Assembly: GCA_949295935.1 (NCBI GenBank) | Contig: CASFMW010000012.1 | Coordinates: 1-50,519, forward strand | DNA from: an uncultured Pseudomonadota bacterium | GTDB lineage: Bacteria; Pseudomonadota; Alphaproteobacteria; RF32; CAG-239 | Length of the DNA: 50,519 bases | Direction of reading: 5' to 3' | Shown: positions 26,099 to 34,769 of the stretch, piece by piece | Layout: every line of letters starts with the position of its first letter | Numbering within the stretch: the first letter of the stretch is position 1 | Notes under the pieces: generated by a model | What the model was told of the DNA's origin: nothing | Databases searched by the model: none | Seen by the model: only the letters and a program-made list of their open reading frames with translations | Made by a program: the position numbers and the translations under genes

Positions 26099-27922
26099 TT
26101 ACTTTGTTACTTCTACTACACCTTGCGCAGCCCCCATTATTCCACCAAGTGCATCTCCTCCTATCATTTGTCCTTCATGCGTTGTGTTTGCAACATTTCC
26201 AACAGATTCCGCTGTATTTGATGCTGTTTCATGTACATTTGAAGCTGTTTCTTTTGCATCAGAACCTTTTCCTTGAAGCCATTCCGCCACTTTATTTGTT
26301 GCGGTACCTTCTTCTCGCAGTTTTTCATTTTCTGCTTTTTCATCGGCTGTTGAGAACACATCTTGTGCATTGTTGGCAGCACTTTCTGCCTTATTTACAA
26401 TATTATATATATCGTTCCTTGCCTCAAATGTTCCGCTATTTATAGCTCCGGCAATTGTGGTTGCAGTATCTATCAAACCACCCAAATTTGTTTTGTTATT
26501 TTTTACAGCGTTTGTTACATCAGCTATTACATTTTTTACATTATTTATGCCGTCTTTAACTGTTGTTGCTGCATTGTAAACATCTCTAACAACGTTAATG
26601 CCTGATGAAACTGACGATGCTAAATCTTTCCATGAAAAACCACTTCCTGAAGTTGCACCACCACTCGCAGAATCGCCGCTCGCACCACCACCGCCGATAA
26701 TGTCTGCAGTGCTAGAATTTCCGACGTTTACATTTGGTATGTCACCGCCTGAAACAGCAGATCCACCTCCGCTTGAACCACTGATTTGAGAATAACTTCC
26801 ACTCATATGATTGCCATATCCCAATACTGTCGCGGCTGTATTATCGCCCGAAAAATATTGGATGAATGATCCCATCACCGACAGTAAGAACAAGCCAATT
26901 GCAATATAAGAAAAATGTTTCCAGTTTATTTTGTTAAAGATAGCTCCATAAGTAAAAACAATCATTCCAAATCCTGAAATTACGTATGCGAGAACTCGTA
27001 AATCACTCAAAAAGCCTAAAACCTTACAGGTTATTTGATCAAAAATATCGCCAGATGTGCACCCTGACAGTCCATTTGTTCCCTTACCATATGAAGATGG
27101 GTTACTAGCATTTCCGCCACTTAATGTATCGCTTTCTCCTCCTGAAGCAACAGAAACACCAGCAATTTCCGTTGGGCCTTCTGTATCTTCCGCAGCTCCA
27201 TCAGCAGGAACAATTGCCAAGCTTCCATCTTCCAAACGAACTATTTGATCTTCCTCGGGATCTTCCTCCATACCATCTATCATTGCTTGCTGATATGCCT
27301 TCTCCGCTGCCTCAGCTGCTGCTGCGGCGGCTGCAGCTTTTTCTTGATCTCTGGCAGCTAATGCCTCTTGCTCTTCCTCGCTTAATTTATATTTTTTTGC
27401 TGCTTTATCTGCACATTCTTGTCTCTTGGCTGACGATGCTACCATTGCTTCACATTCTGCCAAGGCCTCATTTAATTTAGCTACTTTTTTTTCTGCTTTA
27501 TCTGCATTTTTTTCTTGCTTTTCCATTTTTTTATCAACTTCTTTAAGCCGCTTATTTAGCTCTTTATTGAAGTCATCAATCTTTTCTTGGTAGCCGTCTA
27601 CAAGCTTTTCATAAGTTTTTTCAAGATCTTTAAAATTACTCTCTACCTCTTTTTTTTGTTGTTTGTATTCTGAATCTGTTATTTCATCATTTCTAACTTT
27701 TTCTTCCAGTTCCTTGAGCGCCGCAGCTTTTTGTTCATCAAGACCATCCAAGACACTTTGTGCTTCTGCTAATTTTTCTTGGTTAATTTGACTAGTTTCA
27801 TATCCTGCCATCATTTCATTACGAACTTGTTCTTCAAGTTCTTCTCTGGTGTAAGCTTCTGCAGAATATGAAACACCAAGGATTCCCATAACCGCCAAGA
27901 TTATCATTATATATTTTTTCAT
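26099..27922 (-). CDS. VirB2-like pilin core embedded in a 607-aa protein (coiled-coil N-extension, Gly/Ser/Asn-rich C-extension)
   Basis: Signal peptide MKKYIMIILAVMGILGVSYSAEA. Core at aa ~293-360 (26843-27046), LRVLAYVISGFGMIVFTYGAIFNKINWKHFSYIAIGLFLLSVMGSFIQYFSGD, aligns with both shorter VirB2 paralogs. Confidence 0.75.
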   Translation of the reverse strand: MKKYIMIILAVMGILGVSYSAEAYTREELEEQVRNEMMAGYETSQINQEKLAEAQSVLDGLDEQKAAALKELEEKVRNDEITDSEYKQQKKEVESNFKDLEKTYEKLVDGYQEKIDDFNKELNKRLKEVDKKMEKQEKNADKAEKKVAKLNEALAECEAMVASSAKRQECADKAAKKYKLSEEEQEALAARDQEKAAAAAAAAEAAEKAYQQAMIDGMEEDPEEDQIVRLEDGSLAIVPADGAAEDTEGPTEIAGVSVASGGESDTLSGGNASNPSSYGKGTNGLSGCTSGDIFDQITCKVLGFLSDLRVLAYVISGFGMIVFTYGAIFNKINWKHFSYIAIGLFLLSVMGSFIQYFSGDNTAATVLGYGNHMSGSYSQISGSSGGGSAVSGGDIPNVNVGNSSTADIIGGGGASGDSASGGATSGSGFSWKDLASSVSSGINVVRDVYNAATTVKDGINNVKNVIADVTNAVKNNKTNLGGLIDTATTIAGAINSGTFEARNDIYNIVNKAESAANNAQDVFSTADEKAENEKLREEGTATNKVAEWLQGKGSDAKETASNVHETASNTAESVGNVANTTHEGQMIGGDALGGIMGAAQGVVEVTK

Positions 27923-27946
27923 GATATTTCTCCTTAGTTTCGCTGT

Positions 27947-28480
27947 TTATCCTGCATTTTTTAAGCTATCTTGTATTTTGATTGAACTTACAGCACTATC
28001 TCCGGCAATGTACTGCAAAATTCCTCCAGCACCAGCTATGACCATTAAACCAATAATAATTGCAGAAAGCCATTTCCAGTTCAGATTTCCAAAAAAACCG
28101 CCGATTGCAACGCCTACTATACCTAAACCAGATACAGCAAATATTATGCTTTTCATGCCTTCAAATATCTCGGCGCCACTGTTTATTAGATTACTGAAAA
28201 GTCCTCCGCTCGCACCACCTGTAAAACCTCCACTACCAGAACTCCCACTGCCAGGACTTCCACTGCCAGTGGTTTCTCCTGTACTATTAGTGCCTGACGA
28301 TCCTGAAGTATCTGCTCCACCGATTATGCTCGTTGAAGTCAAACTGCTGCTATGCATAAAATAATCTTCATCTATACTGGCTTGAAATTGCTTTTCAGGT
28401 TCTTGGGTATAAGCTTTTACTGAAAATGACAGACTCATGGTACAAAGTGTTACCAAGATTATCATTATATATTTCTTCAT
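27947..28480 (-). CDS. VirB2-like pilin paralog (177 aa) with Gly/Ser-rich N-extension
   Basis: Shares its N-terminus MKKYIMIIL with the 607-aa paralog. Core is MKSIIFAVSGLGIVGVAIGGFFGNLNWKWLSAIIIGLMVIAGAGGILQYIAGDS. Confidence 0.75.
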   Translation of the reverse strand: MKKYIMIILVTLCTMSLSFSVKAYTQEPEKQFQASIDEDYFMHSSSLTSTSIIGGADTSGSSGTNSTGETTGSGSPGSGSSGSGGFTGGASGGLFSNLINSGAEIFEGMKSIIFAVSGLGIVGVAIGGFFGNLNWKWLSAIIIGLMVIAGAGGILQYIAGDSAVSSIKIQDSLKNAG

Positions 28481-28530
28481 AACTTACCCCCCATTTTTAC
28501 CTAAGAGATGTTGAGGTGCAAAACTTATAC

Positions 28531-28585
28531 AAAAAAGGGGAAAGAAGTACAAAATTTAGATTATTCATCTATAGTCTTCTTCCCC
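28531..28585 (-). terminator. possible attenuator/terminator hairpin downstream of the first virB2
   Basis: On the minus strand, ggggaagaag ... cttctttcccc (one bulge, ~28-nt loop) is followed by a T6 run (plus-strand A-run 28531-36). Confidence 0.35.
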
Positions 28586-28606
28586 CTATCCAAACTAATT
28601 ACTGAT

Positions 28607-28966
28607 TTAGATATTACCAAATGTTGTATCTAAGCCGGCGTCTGTTGCAACAGTATCACCTGTTGCGTATTCAACAATAGAGCTTGCTGCGGCCAAAATA
28701 GCCAAACCAGTAGCCAAAGCAGCTAACCACTTCCAGTTAATTTTACCAAAAATTGCAGCCCACGCCAAAGCAACCAAACCAAAACCACCTAATACAAAAA
28801 TAATGGTTTTTACTGACTGGAATACACTTACCGTTTTACTGGTAGCTTGACTCATAATTGTACCACCGGTCACCGAAGACTGTGCCGAAGCATCGGAAAC
28901 CATTGCAATCACCAAAACAAGTGCCATGGTAGCCAAGCTCCAAATATTTCTTTTAATAAACTGCAT
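28607..28966 (-). CDS. virB2: VirB2/TrbC-family pilin (119 aa), first gene of the operon
   Basis: Long signal peptide ending SDASA|Q. Two hydrophobic helices VKTIIFVLGGFGLVALAWAAIFGKINWKWLAALATGLAILAAASSIVEYATGD. Strong AAGGAG 8 nt upstream of the ATG. Confidence 0.8.
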   Translation of the reverse strand: MQFIKRNIWSLATMALVLVIAMVSDASAQSSVTGGTIMSQATSKTVSVFQSVKTIIFVLGGFGLVALAWAAIFGKINWKWLAALATGLAILAAASSIVEYATGDTVATDAGLDTTFGNI

Positions 28967-29299
28967 CGCTCTTTCTCCTTAATATTTGATATCAGTTTGT
29001 CATTTACTTCCTCTCTATTATATAGAATAACCGATTTTGAGTTTTTTTTCTAGCATAATCGTATCCAACAGAAACGAAGTATCTCTTTGTTTATTCGCAA
29101 TTATTTTTTCTGTAACAAAAAATTCACAGTTTTCTTAATTGCAAACATACTTACTTTTTATCACACAAAAGGTAAATAATTTGATAATTTTAATTTTCGC
29201 TATTTCCAATGTTTTTTTTGAAATTTCTGGGTATAAAATGACAAACCCTTTGCCAAGATTCACATTTTGATTTATCTAAGTTTTTAGAGGGGTTATTTT
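28967..29299. promoter_or_regulatory. AT-rich divergent intergenic region between the virB operon and the pil-side gene
   Basis: 333-bp non-coding gap between divergent first genes. It contains TATAAT-like hexamers on both strands, but no convincing -35/-10 pair could be fixed by eye. Confidence 0.3.
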
Positions 29300-30967
29300 A
29301 TGTTTTTGACCGGATTGAAATCTTTTTTTGGAAGTTTTGTTTTGTCGTTGTTTATGATTTTTTCCATAAACAGTTTTTTTGGTGCAAACAAAACACCTTC
29401 TTCGGTTAGCACTTTACCGACACAAAATATATCTCTCTTTCTGAAAAATTCCCCTCACACTTATCAGAAAACAGATAAAATTGCACTTATGAAGCCCATT
29501 GAGGATAATATTCCTTCTGTTTTTCCTTCACAGAACAGTGAAAAAGTTTTGACTAATCAGACTAAAGATATCGAAGAAAAGAAAATTGCAAATATTGAGC
29601 CTATATCTTCTAGTAAAAAAGAAGCATCTCCTTCTCTGAAAAAAAATCCCCCTCTAGAGAAAGGAAAGACTTCGAATCAGAAAAAAAACGCCTCAAAAGC
29701 TCGTAAAAACAAGTCATTTAATCAAAATATTACTGTCACATTATCAGACAGCATAAAAAAAGACTTTGTTCTGGTGGCTGACGAGCCCGTTTTGTCGGCA
29801 AAAGCTAAAGAAGATACCGACAAATTTGTAAAAAAGGCTGAGGCAGTCCCATCTAAAGAAATTTTCCAAGAAAAAGTTCAGCCTACTTTGCCAAAGGCTG
29901 ATTCTCCATCTTTAAAAGAAGAGAAAATCGTCACTATTGGCAATCACAAAGATGAAGGTAAGCTTCTTATTCCTTTAGAAAAAGACAACGAGTCTTCACG
30001 CGAATCCTCTACAAAGTATAAAATAAACCCTGCTTCTGTAGAAAATCAGGTTGCCATGGCTAACTTCAACAAACCGATTGCCGCAATGGTTACTCCTGCA
30101 GGCAATAATTCTTCATCAAAAGAAGAAAAAGACGGCGAATGGCAAACAATGGCAGAAAAACATGACGATACCCCACAGCCTCGCCCAGCAAAAGAACTCT
30201 ATGAGCGACCACAGGTTCAACCTGTTGAACAAGAAAGCCCGTGGATTGCCGCAAAAGGAACAAAATTTCCGGACAACAACACCATTTTAGATCAAGAGTT
30301 TTATAAAAACGGAGAAAAACTTGATCTTTCGGCAGATATTTCTGACCCTAAATCTTTGCTCGCCGATAATAAAAGTAGCGTTAAAGTCGCAGGAGAAGTT
30401 GTTAACAATATTCTCATCCCTATTCCCGAAGATATATTAAACAATAAGAATTTAATGCCGAACTTGGTTTCTGATCCTAAAAATAAATCTCTTGAAGATG
30501 AGCTTAAATTAAAAGAGGCTTCTTCTATGGCTAATGAAAACATTAGCGAGATTCCATTTATTGCCTCAAAGGAAGATTCCGAAAGCAACACCCCCCCATC
30601 GGAGAGCAAAGGCCTCTTAAGTAGCTTAACATCTTTATTTTCTTCTTCTGGGAGCACTGACACTGACACAAACGAACAAGAAAAAAATATTGAAGAGGAA
30701 CAAAATGACGAATTCACCAATAAACCTTCAAGCTTTAAGTTTCTTGCACAAAATAGAAAAAAAATGAAGATTTTGCCTTCGGAAATTAGACTGTCCTTTC
30801 AACCTGACCGTGCAGAAATTTCAGGGAAAACATTAGATTGGCTTAAAGCTTTTGCCCAGAAAGCCATAGAAAATGACGATGTTGCACTTGAAATTCGTAT
30901 AGACGGTTCAAGCTCTTATGCACTTCAGCAAAAAAGATTGAATTTGTTATACAATAAAAAAGATTGA
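29300..30967 (+). CDS. N-terminally anchored Lys/Ser/Pro/Glu-rich protein with degenerate OmpA/MotB-like C-terminus, 3' end frameshifted (555 aa as read)
   Basis: Hydrophobic N-terminus FFGSFVLSLFMIFSINSFFG. Long low-complexity region. C-terminal IRLSFQPDRAEISGKTLDWLKAFAQKAIENDDVALEIRIDGSS...QQKRLNLLYN. The ORF ends inside a 26-bp tandem duplication. Removing one copy extends the ORF to 31131. Confidence 0.65.
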   Translation: MFLTGLKSFFGSFVLSLFMIFSINSFFGANKTPSSVSTLPTQNISLFLKNSPHTYQKTDKIALMKPIEDNIPSVFPSQNSEKVLTNQTKDIEEKKIANIEPISSSKKEASPSLKKNPPLEKGKTSNQKKNASKARKNKSFNQNITVTLSDSIKKDFVLVADEPVLSAKAKEDTDKFVKKAEAVPSKEIFQEKVQPTLPKADSPSLKEEKIVTIGNHKDEGKLLIPLEKDNESSRESSTKYKINPASVENQVAMANFNKPIAAMVTPAGNNSSSKEEKDGEWQTMAEKHDDTPQPRPAKELYERPQVQPVEQESPWIAAKGTKFPDNNTILDQEFYKNGEKLDLSADISDPKSLLADNKSSVKVAGEVVNNILIPIPEDILNNKNLMPNLVSDPKNKSLEDELKLKEASSMANENISEIPFIASKEDSESNTPPSESKGLLSSLTSLFSSSGSTDTDTNEQEKNIEEEQNDEFTNKPSSFKFLAQNRKKMKILPSEIRLSFQPDRAEISGKTLDWLKAFAQKAIENDDVALEIRIDGSSSYALQQKRLNLLYNKKD

Positions 30968-30982
30968 ATTTGTTATACAATA
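30931..30982 (+). repeat. perfect 26-bp tandem duplication (2 copies) causing a frameshift
   Basis: aaaaagattgaatttgttatacaata occurs at 30931-30956 and again at 30957-30982. Confidence 0.95.
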
Positions 30983-31238
30983 TTTTAACTAATTTGGGTT
31001 TAGGATACGCTAAAGTTCATACTGTTTTTACCGCGAGAGAACCAAATTCGTTTATTCTCCGCGCCGTGAAAACCAGTGAAGACAGTAACAAGAAGCGCTT
31101 TGATCCGGCTTCTTCCTACTACAGGATGTAACGAGGAAAAGTTATGGTTATAAGTGGCGACTCGAGCTTGATTAATTGTTTTCAACATGTATTATAGGTA
31201 TTAATATGATGTCAAAATACTGTTTAAGGAAGATTAAT

Positions 31239-31868
31239 ATGTATGCTAAAATAAGCTTCGCCGCACTCCTGCTGTTTGTTTTTGCCGGTTGTGCCGCACA
31301 ACAGGCCCCTGAATTGCCGGTTGTCCCCTGTGATGAGACGACCGGAGCTAATTTTGTGCCGGCTGAAAGCAATAGCGAGTTTATCAGCTATACTGAAACT
31401 GATGCAAATTTTAGAGCCTTTGGCGAAAGATCTCCTCGTGATCAGTTCATTACACAAGCAGGTGCGGGAAACAACCTTTCCGCAGCCATTCCGCCTCGGG
31501 CAGATGATGAATATATAGATTTCGAAGAAGAAATTGTATCTTCCGAAGGGACTGGTTTTGACGGTGAAGGAGCAGCTGGAGAAGGTTTTTCTCCAGAAGA
31601 TCCGGTTGAAGATTGGTTGGCTGAAGAAGGAAAGAGTTTGAAAGGTCTTCTTTCAGAGTGGTGTGAAAAATCCGGCTGGCGCTTGGTTTGGAAGAGTAAC
31701 CGCAATTACACTTTAACTGCAGGTGCAATGTTCCGCGGTCGCTTTGCCGATGTTAGCTCAGCTTTAATTAGAGCTTTTGCTCGTGCAAAACCGGCTCCTA
31801 TCGGCACTTTTTATAAAGGTAACAGAGTTTTAGTCGTTGAGACATTGGAGGATGAAAATGCTTTTTAA
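31239..31868 (+). CDS. pilL: PilL/TcpQ-domain lipoprotein of type IVb pilus cluster
   Basis: ATG 31239 with AAGGA upstream. Lipobox LFVFAG|C. C-terminal WLAEEGKSLKGLLSEWCEKSGWRLVWKSNRNYTL...FYKGNRVLVV matches the TcpQ/PilL-type domain pattern. Confidence 0.7.
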   Translation: MYAKISFAALLLFVFAGCAAQQAPELPVVPCDETTGANFVPAESNSEFISYTETDANFRAFGERSPRDQFITQAGAGNNLSAAIPPRADDEYIDFEEEIVSSEGTGFDGEGAAGEGFSPEDPVEDWLAEEGKSLKGLLSEWCEKSGWRLVWKSNRNYTLTAGAMFRGRFADVSSALIRAFARAKPAPIGTFYKGNRVLVVETLEDENAF

Positions 31869-33468
31869 TCGTATCGTTGTTTATGGCTGCGGCCTTGCCA
31901 TCGTTTCTGCCGTCGCTGCCTGCTCCTTGTCTACAAGCTTAGACGCGTCTCTTGAAAAAGAGATTAAAGCCGCAACTGTTTTACAAGAAACTGCTAAAGC
32001 TCCGACACAGGCCGCTCCTGATGATGTTGTTCGGGTAAAAAATGATATTTGGCTTGGTGATACCAGCGAAATTGAATTTGAAGGTGAGCCATTGCCTGCT
32101 TATCTTGAAAACCAAAAAGGAATTACCCTCATCAGTAACAGACCTATCACTCTGTATGAAATTGGTGATATGATTAATAAAATCACCTCTATTAAGGTTA
32201 GATTTGCTCCGGATCTGGAAGAGAGCATTAATGCTTCGGCAAAATCAAATAAACCGACACCAGAGAGCATCGGTGCTGACTGGACAGAACCAGATAAGAT
32301 GCTCGTGTCTTACAGAGGTCCTCTTAGCGGTTTATTAAATGAATTGTCTTCAAGATTTGGTATTTGGTGGAAATATGATAGAAAAGAACTCTATTTCTAC
32401 AAAAATATCACCAGAACATTTGTTCTTTATAGCTTGCCGACCAAGCCATCTCTTTCCGTTAATGTCGGTGGATCGGCTGATGGAGAAGGCGGAAGCTCTG
32501 AATTGTCATTGTCTAGCACTGCAGAAATTGAGTTGTGGGGAAATATTGAAAAAGCAATCACTTCTATGATTTCTCAAAATTCTAAGCTGACGATTGACTC
32601 TTCAAATGGTACAATTTCTTTAACAGCGACGCCGAATGATGTTGCTAAGGTTGCAAAATTTGTAAATGAACAAAATGCCAGACTTTCACGTCAAGTAGCT
32701 GTTAGTGTTAAAGTTTTGCAAGTAACTGTTGAAGATAATGATACTTATGGTCTTGATTTGAATGCCGCCTTTGATGACGGAAAGAGCAGCGTTTCAGTTA
32801 TCAGCCCGACAAACACCTTTGGTACTGAAGTTACCAATAATATGGAAATGAGACTTATGCCGGGTAACTGGAATATTAATGCCAGTATTACTGCTCTTTC
32901 AACACAGGGTACAACAAACATGATCACGAGTGGTACCGTTACTACTCTGAACAACAAACCTGCGCCGATTCAGGTTGTTAGAAAACAGAACTATATTTCT
33001 GAAATTACTAAGACAAACAGCGGTGGCGACGGAAACTACTATGATATTTCTACCGAAACAGAAGAAATTGAAACTGGTTTCACCCTTGATATTCTTCCGA
33101 GAATTTTGGAACATGGCAGATTGTTGTTGATGTTTAACTTGACCCTTTCTGACTTGATTTCTTTAGAAAAAGTTCCTTTGGGCGGAAACGGCGAAGAAGA
33201 CGATGGTCAATATATTCAAAACCCGATTATCGAATCTCGCGGTTTCACTCAAGAAGTTGCTTTGAAATCCGGTGAATCTTTGGTTTTGACTGGTTATGAA
33301 AGAGTTGAAAATTCTTCTGAAAAAACAGGTGTAGGCTCCGCAACTAACTCTTTACTCGGAGGTTCTGCCGTTGCTAATAAGACCAGAAGCATTTTGGTTA
33401 TCATCTTGACTCCGGTTATTTTGGAATCACCGTTAAATCCTGAGACCAGAGTAACTAACAATATCTAA
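31852..33468 (+). CDS. pilN: type IVb pilus secretin lipoprotein (PilN family)
   Basis: Lipobox AVAA|C. Secretin C-domain-like LNNKPAPIQVV...GFTLDILPRI...SGESLVLTGYE...ILVIILTPVIL. The start may be ATG 31852 or 31858 (GGAGGA upstream). Confidence 0.85.
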   Translation: MKMLFNRIVVYGCGLAIVSAVAACSLSTSLDASLEKEIKAATVLQETAKAPTQAAPDDVVRVKNDIWLGDTSEIEFEGEPLPAYLENQKGITLISNRPITLYEIGDMINKITSIKVRFAPDLEESINASAKSNKPTPESIGADWTEPDKMLVSYRGPLSGLLNELSSRFGIWWKYDRKELYFYKNITRTFVLYSLPTKPSLSVNVGGSADGEGGSSELSLSSTAEIELWGNIEKAITSMISQNSKLTIDSSNGTISLTATPNDVAKVAKFVNEQNARLSRQVAVSVKVLQVTVEDNDTYGLDLNAAFDDGKSSVSVISPTNTFGTEVTNNMEMRLMPGNWNINASITALSTQGTTNMITSGTVTTLNNKPAPIQVVRKQNYISEITKTNSGGDGNYYDISTETEEIETGFTLDILPRILEHGRLLLMFNLTLSDLISLEKVPLGGNGEEDDGQYIQNPIIESRGFTQEVALKSGESLVLTGYERVENSSEKTGVGSATNSLLGGSAVANKTRSILVIILTPVILESPLNPETRVTNNI

Positions 33469-33491
33469 TTCTACTATTGAGGAAAACCACG

Positions 33492-34769
33492 GTGTTAGAA
33501 GATGCTAAACTTTTAGATAGAGATTATGAAGAAAGCGGAAGCAGGGTTATTCCATCGATTTCCGTAGATGGAATTCCTTATGCAACAAGCCTGTTCTGGC
33601 AGCCTATTCAAAATACCGAAGATCCAGTAGCAGAGGTTAGCGAAACCGCGTCTAGCATTTTGGAAGGAGCAGACCTGTTTTGCGTAAAGCAAGGTAAAGC
33701 ACCTCAGTTCGGTATTTGCTCTACTCAACAGGGCTATAAAAAAGGAACATTGGTAGGTGCTGCCTCAGTTGCAACTGCGCTGTCTGGTCTTTCTTCTTTT
33801 GTTGCGGTCTTTAAAGTTGATAACGGATGGTGGTATATCTGTGTCCGCAATGATATTATTCTTTCTGACGGTGATATGGTCTTTTCTAATGAAGAAGAGG
33901 CTAGATCACAGTTTATGTCAATGCTTGCCGTTCCAGATTGGGGCAGAAAGATTGCACCTCAGGACTGGGCTATTGAGGGGACTGAAGATATTAATCTTGT
34001 CGAGCTCATAAAAAAAGGAGTGCGCGTCAAGCTTGATAAGATTAACGCATTACGTGGTACCAAACTTTTTATGGTTATCGGCGTTTCGGTTGTTGTCGGT
34101 GTTTGGCTGCTTTCTGTTATTATTAACAGCATTTTCTTAGCACCGCCTAAGCGTCCTGTTATTGCCCCAATTAAGCCTAAAGCCGTTATTAAGAAGGAAA
34201 TTCCGCTTCCTCCGGAAGATGTTCCTTGGAATAAGGTATATGATGCATCACAGGCGATGGCTAAGTGTTATGAGAACGTTGCTGCGTTTTCTCAGATTAT
34301 GCCTCCGGGATGGTCAATTGGTGAGGTTGTTTGTACTTCTAAAGACGTTTCTACTCAATGGACGCGTGATGTCGGTCGTATTTTGTGGATTGAGGAAGCA
34401 TTGAAAAATTCCGGAATACCATTTGCCTCTAAACGTATTGAAAATGACGGTAAGGTTATCAAAGTTACTGTTGCTTTGAAAGATATTAACGTTGGGAAAA
34501 ACCTTCCGAACATTGATGCACAACAGTTAAAAGCAACATTAAACGACCTATTCCAAGCATTTAACCAACCGGTTGCTTTAGTTGATGAAGTTTATACATC
34601 TAATCGCAAGAGAACTTATAAAAAAGTTAAGTTTACATTTTCGTCAGTTAATAATCCTATGATTTGGCGTGATTTGTTAACAAAATTTTCAGGTCTTGAG
34701 ATTAATATGATTAAATATAATAAACAAAATGAAAAATGGGATTACGAAGGAGCTATCTATGCGTTATAA
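33492..34769 (+). CDS. pilO: PilO (type IVb, PilO2-like) pilus biogenesis protein
   Basis: About 425 aa with one central TM helix (LFMVIGVSVVVGVWLLSVIINSIF). Its position between the secretin and pilP is as in R64/PAPI-1 clusters. GTG 33492 has GAGGA 8 nt upstream; TTG 33477 is an alternative start. Confidence 0.6.
   Translation: MLEDAKLLDRDYEESGSRVIPSISVDGIPYATSLFWQPIQNTEDPVAEVSETASSILEGADLFCVKQGKAPQFGICSTQQGYKKGTLVGAASVATALSGLSSFVAVFKVDNGWWYICVRNDIILSDGDMVFSNEEEARSQFMSMLAVPDWGRKIAPQDWAIEGTEDINLVELIKKGVRVKLDKINALRGTKLFMVIGVSVVVGVWLLSVIINSIFLAPPKRPVIAPIKPKAVIKKEIPLPPEDVPWNKVYDASQAMAKCYENVAAFSQIMPPGWSIGEVVCTSKDVSTQWTRDVGRILWIEEALKNSGIPFASKRIENDGKVIKVTVALKDINVGKNLPNIDAQQLKATLNDLFQAFNQPVALVDEVYTSNRKRTYKKVKFTFSSVNNPMIWRDLLTKFSGLEINMIKYNKQNEKWDYEGAIYAL

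Noticed and set aside
31000-31372. Minus-strand ORFs 31000-31188 and 31172-31372
   Set aside because: The first lies over the frame-restored 3' extension of the 29300 gene. The second lies over the pilL lipoprotein signal sequence. Neither has a plausible RBS or recognisable features.
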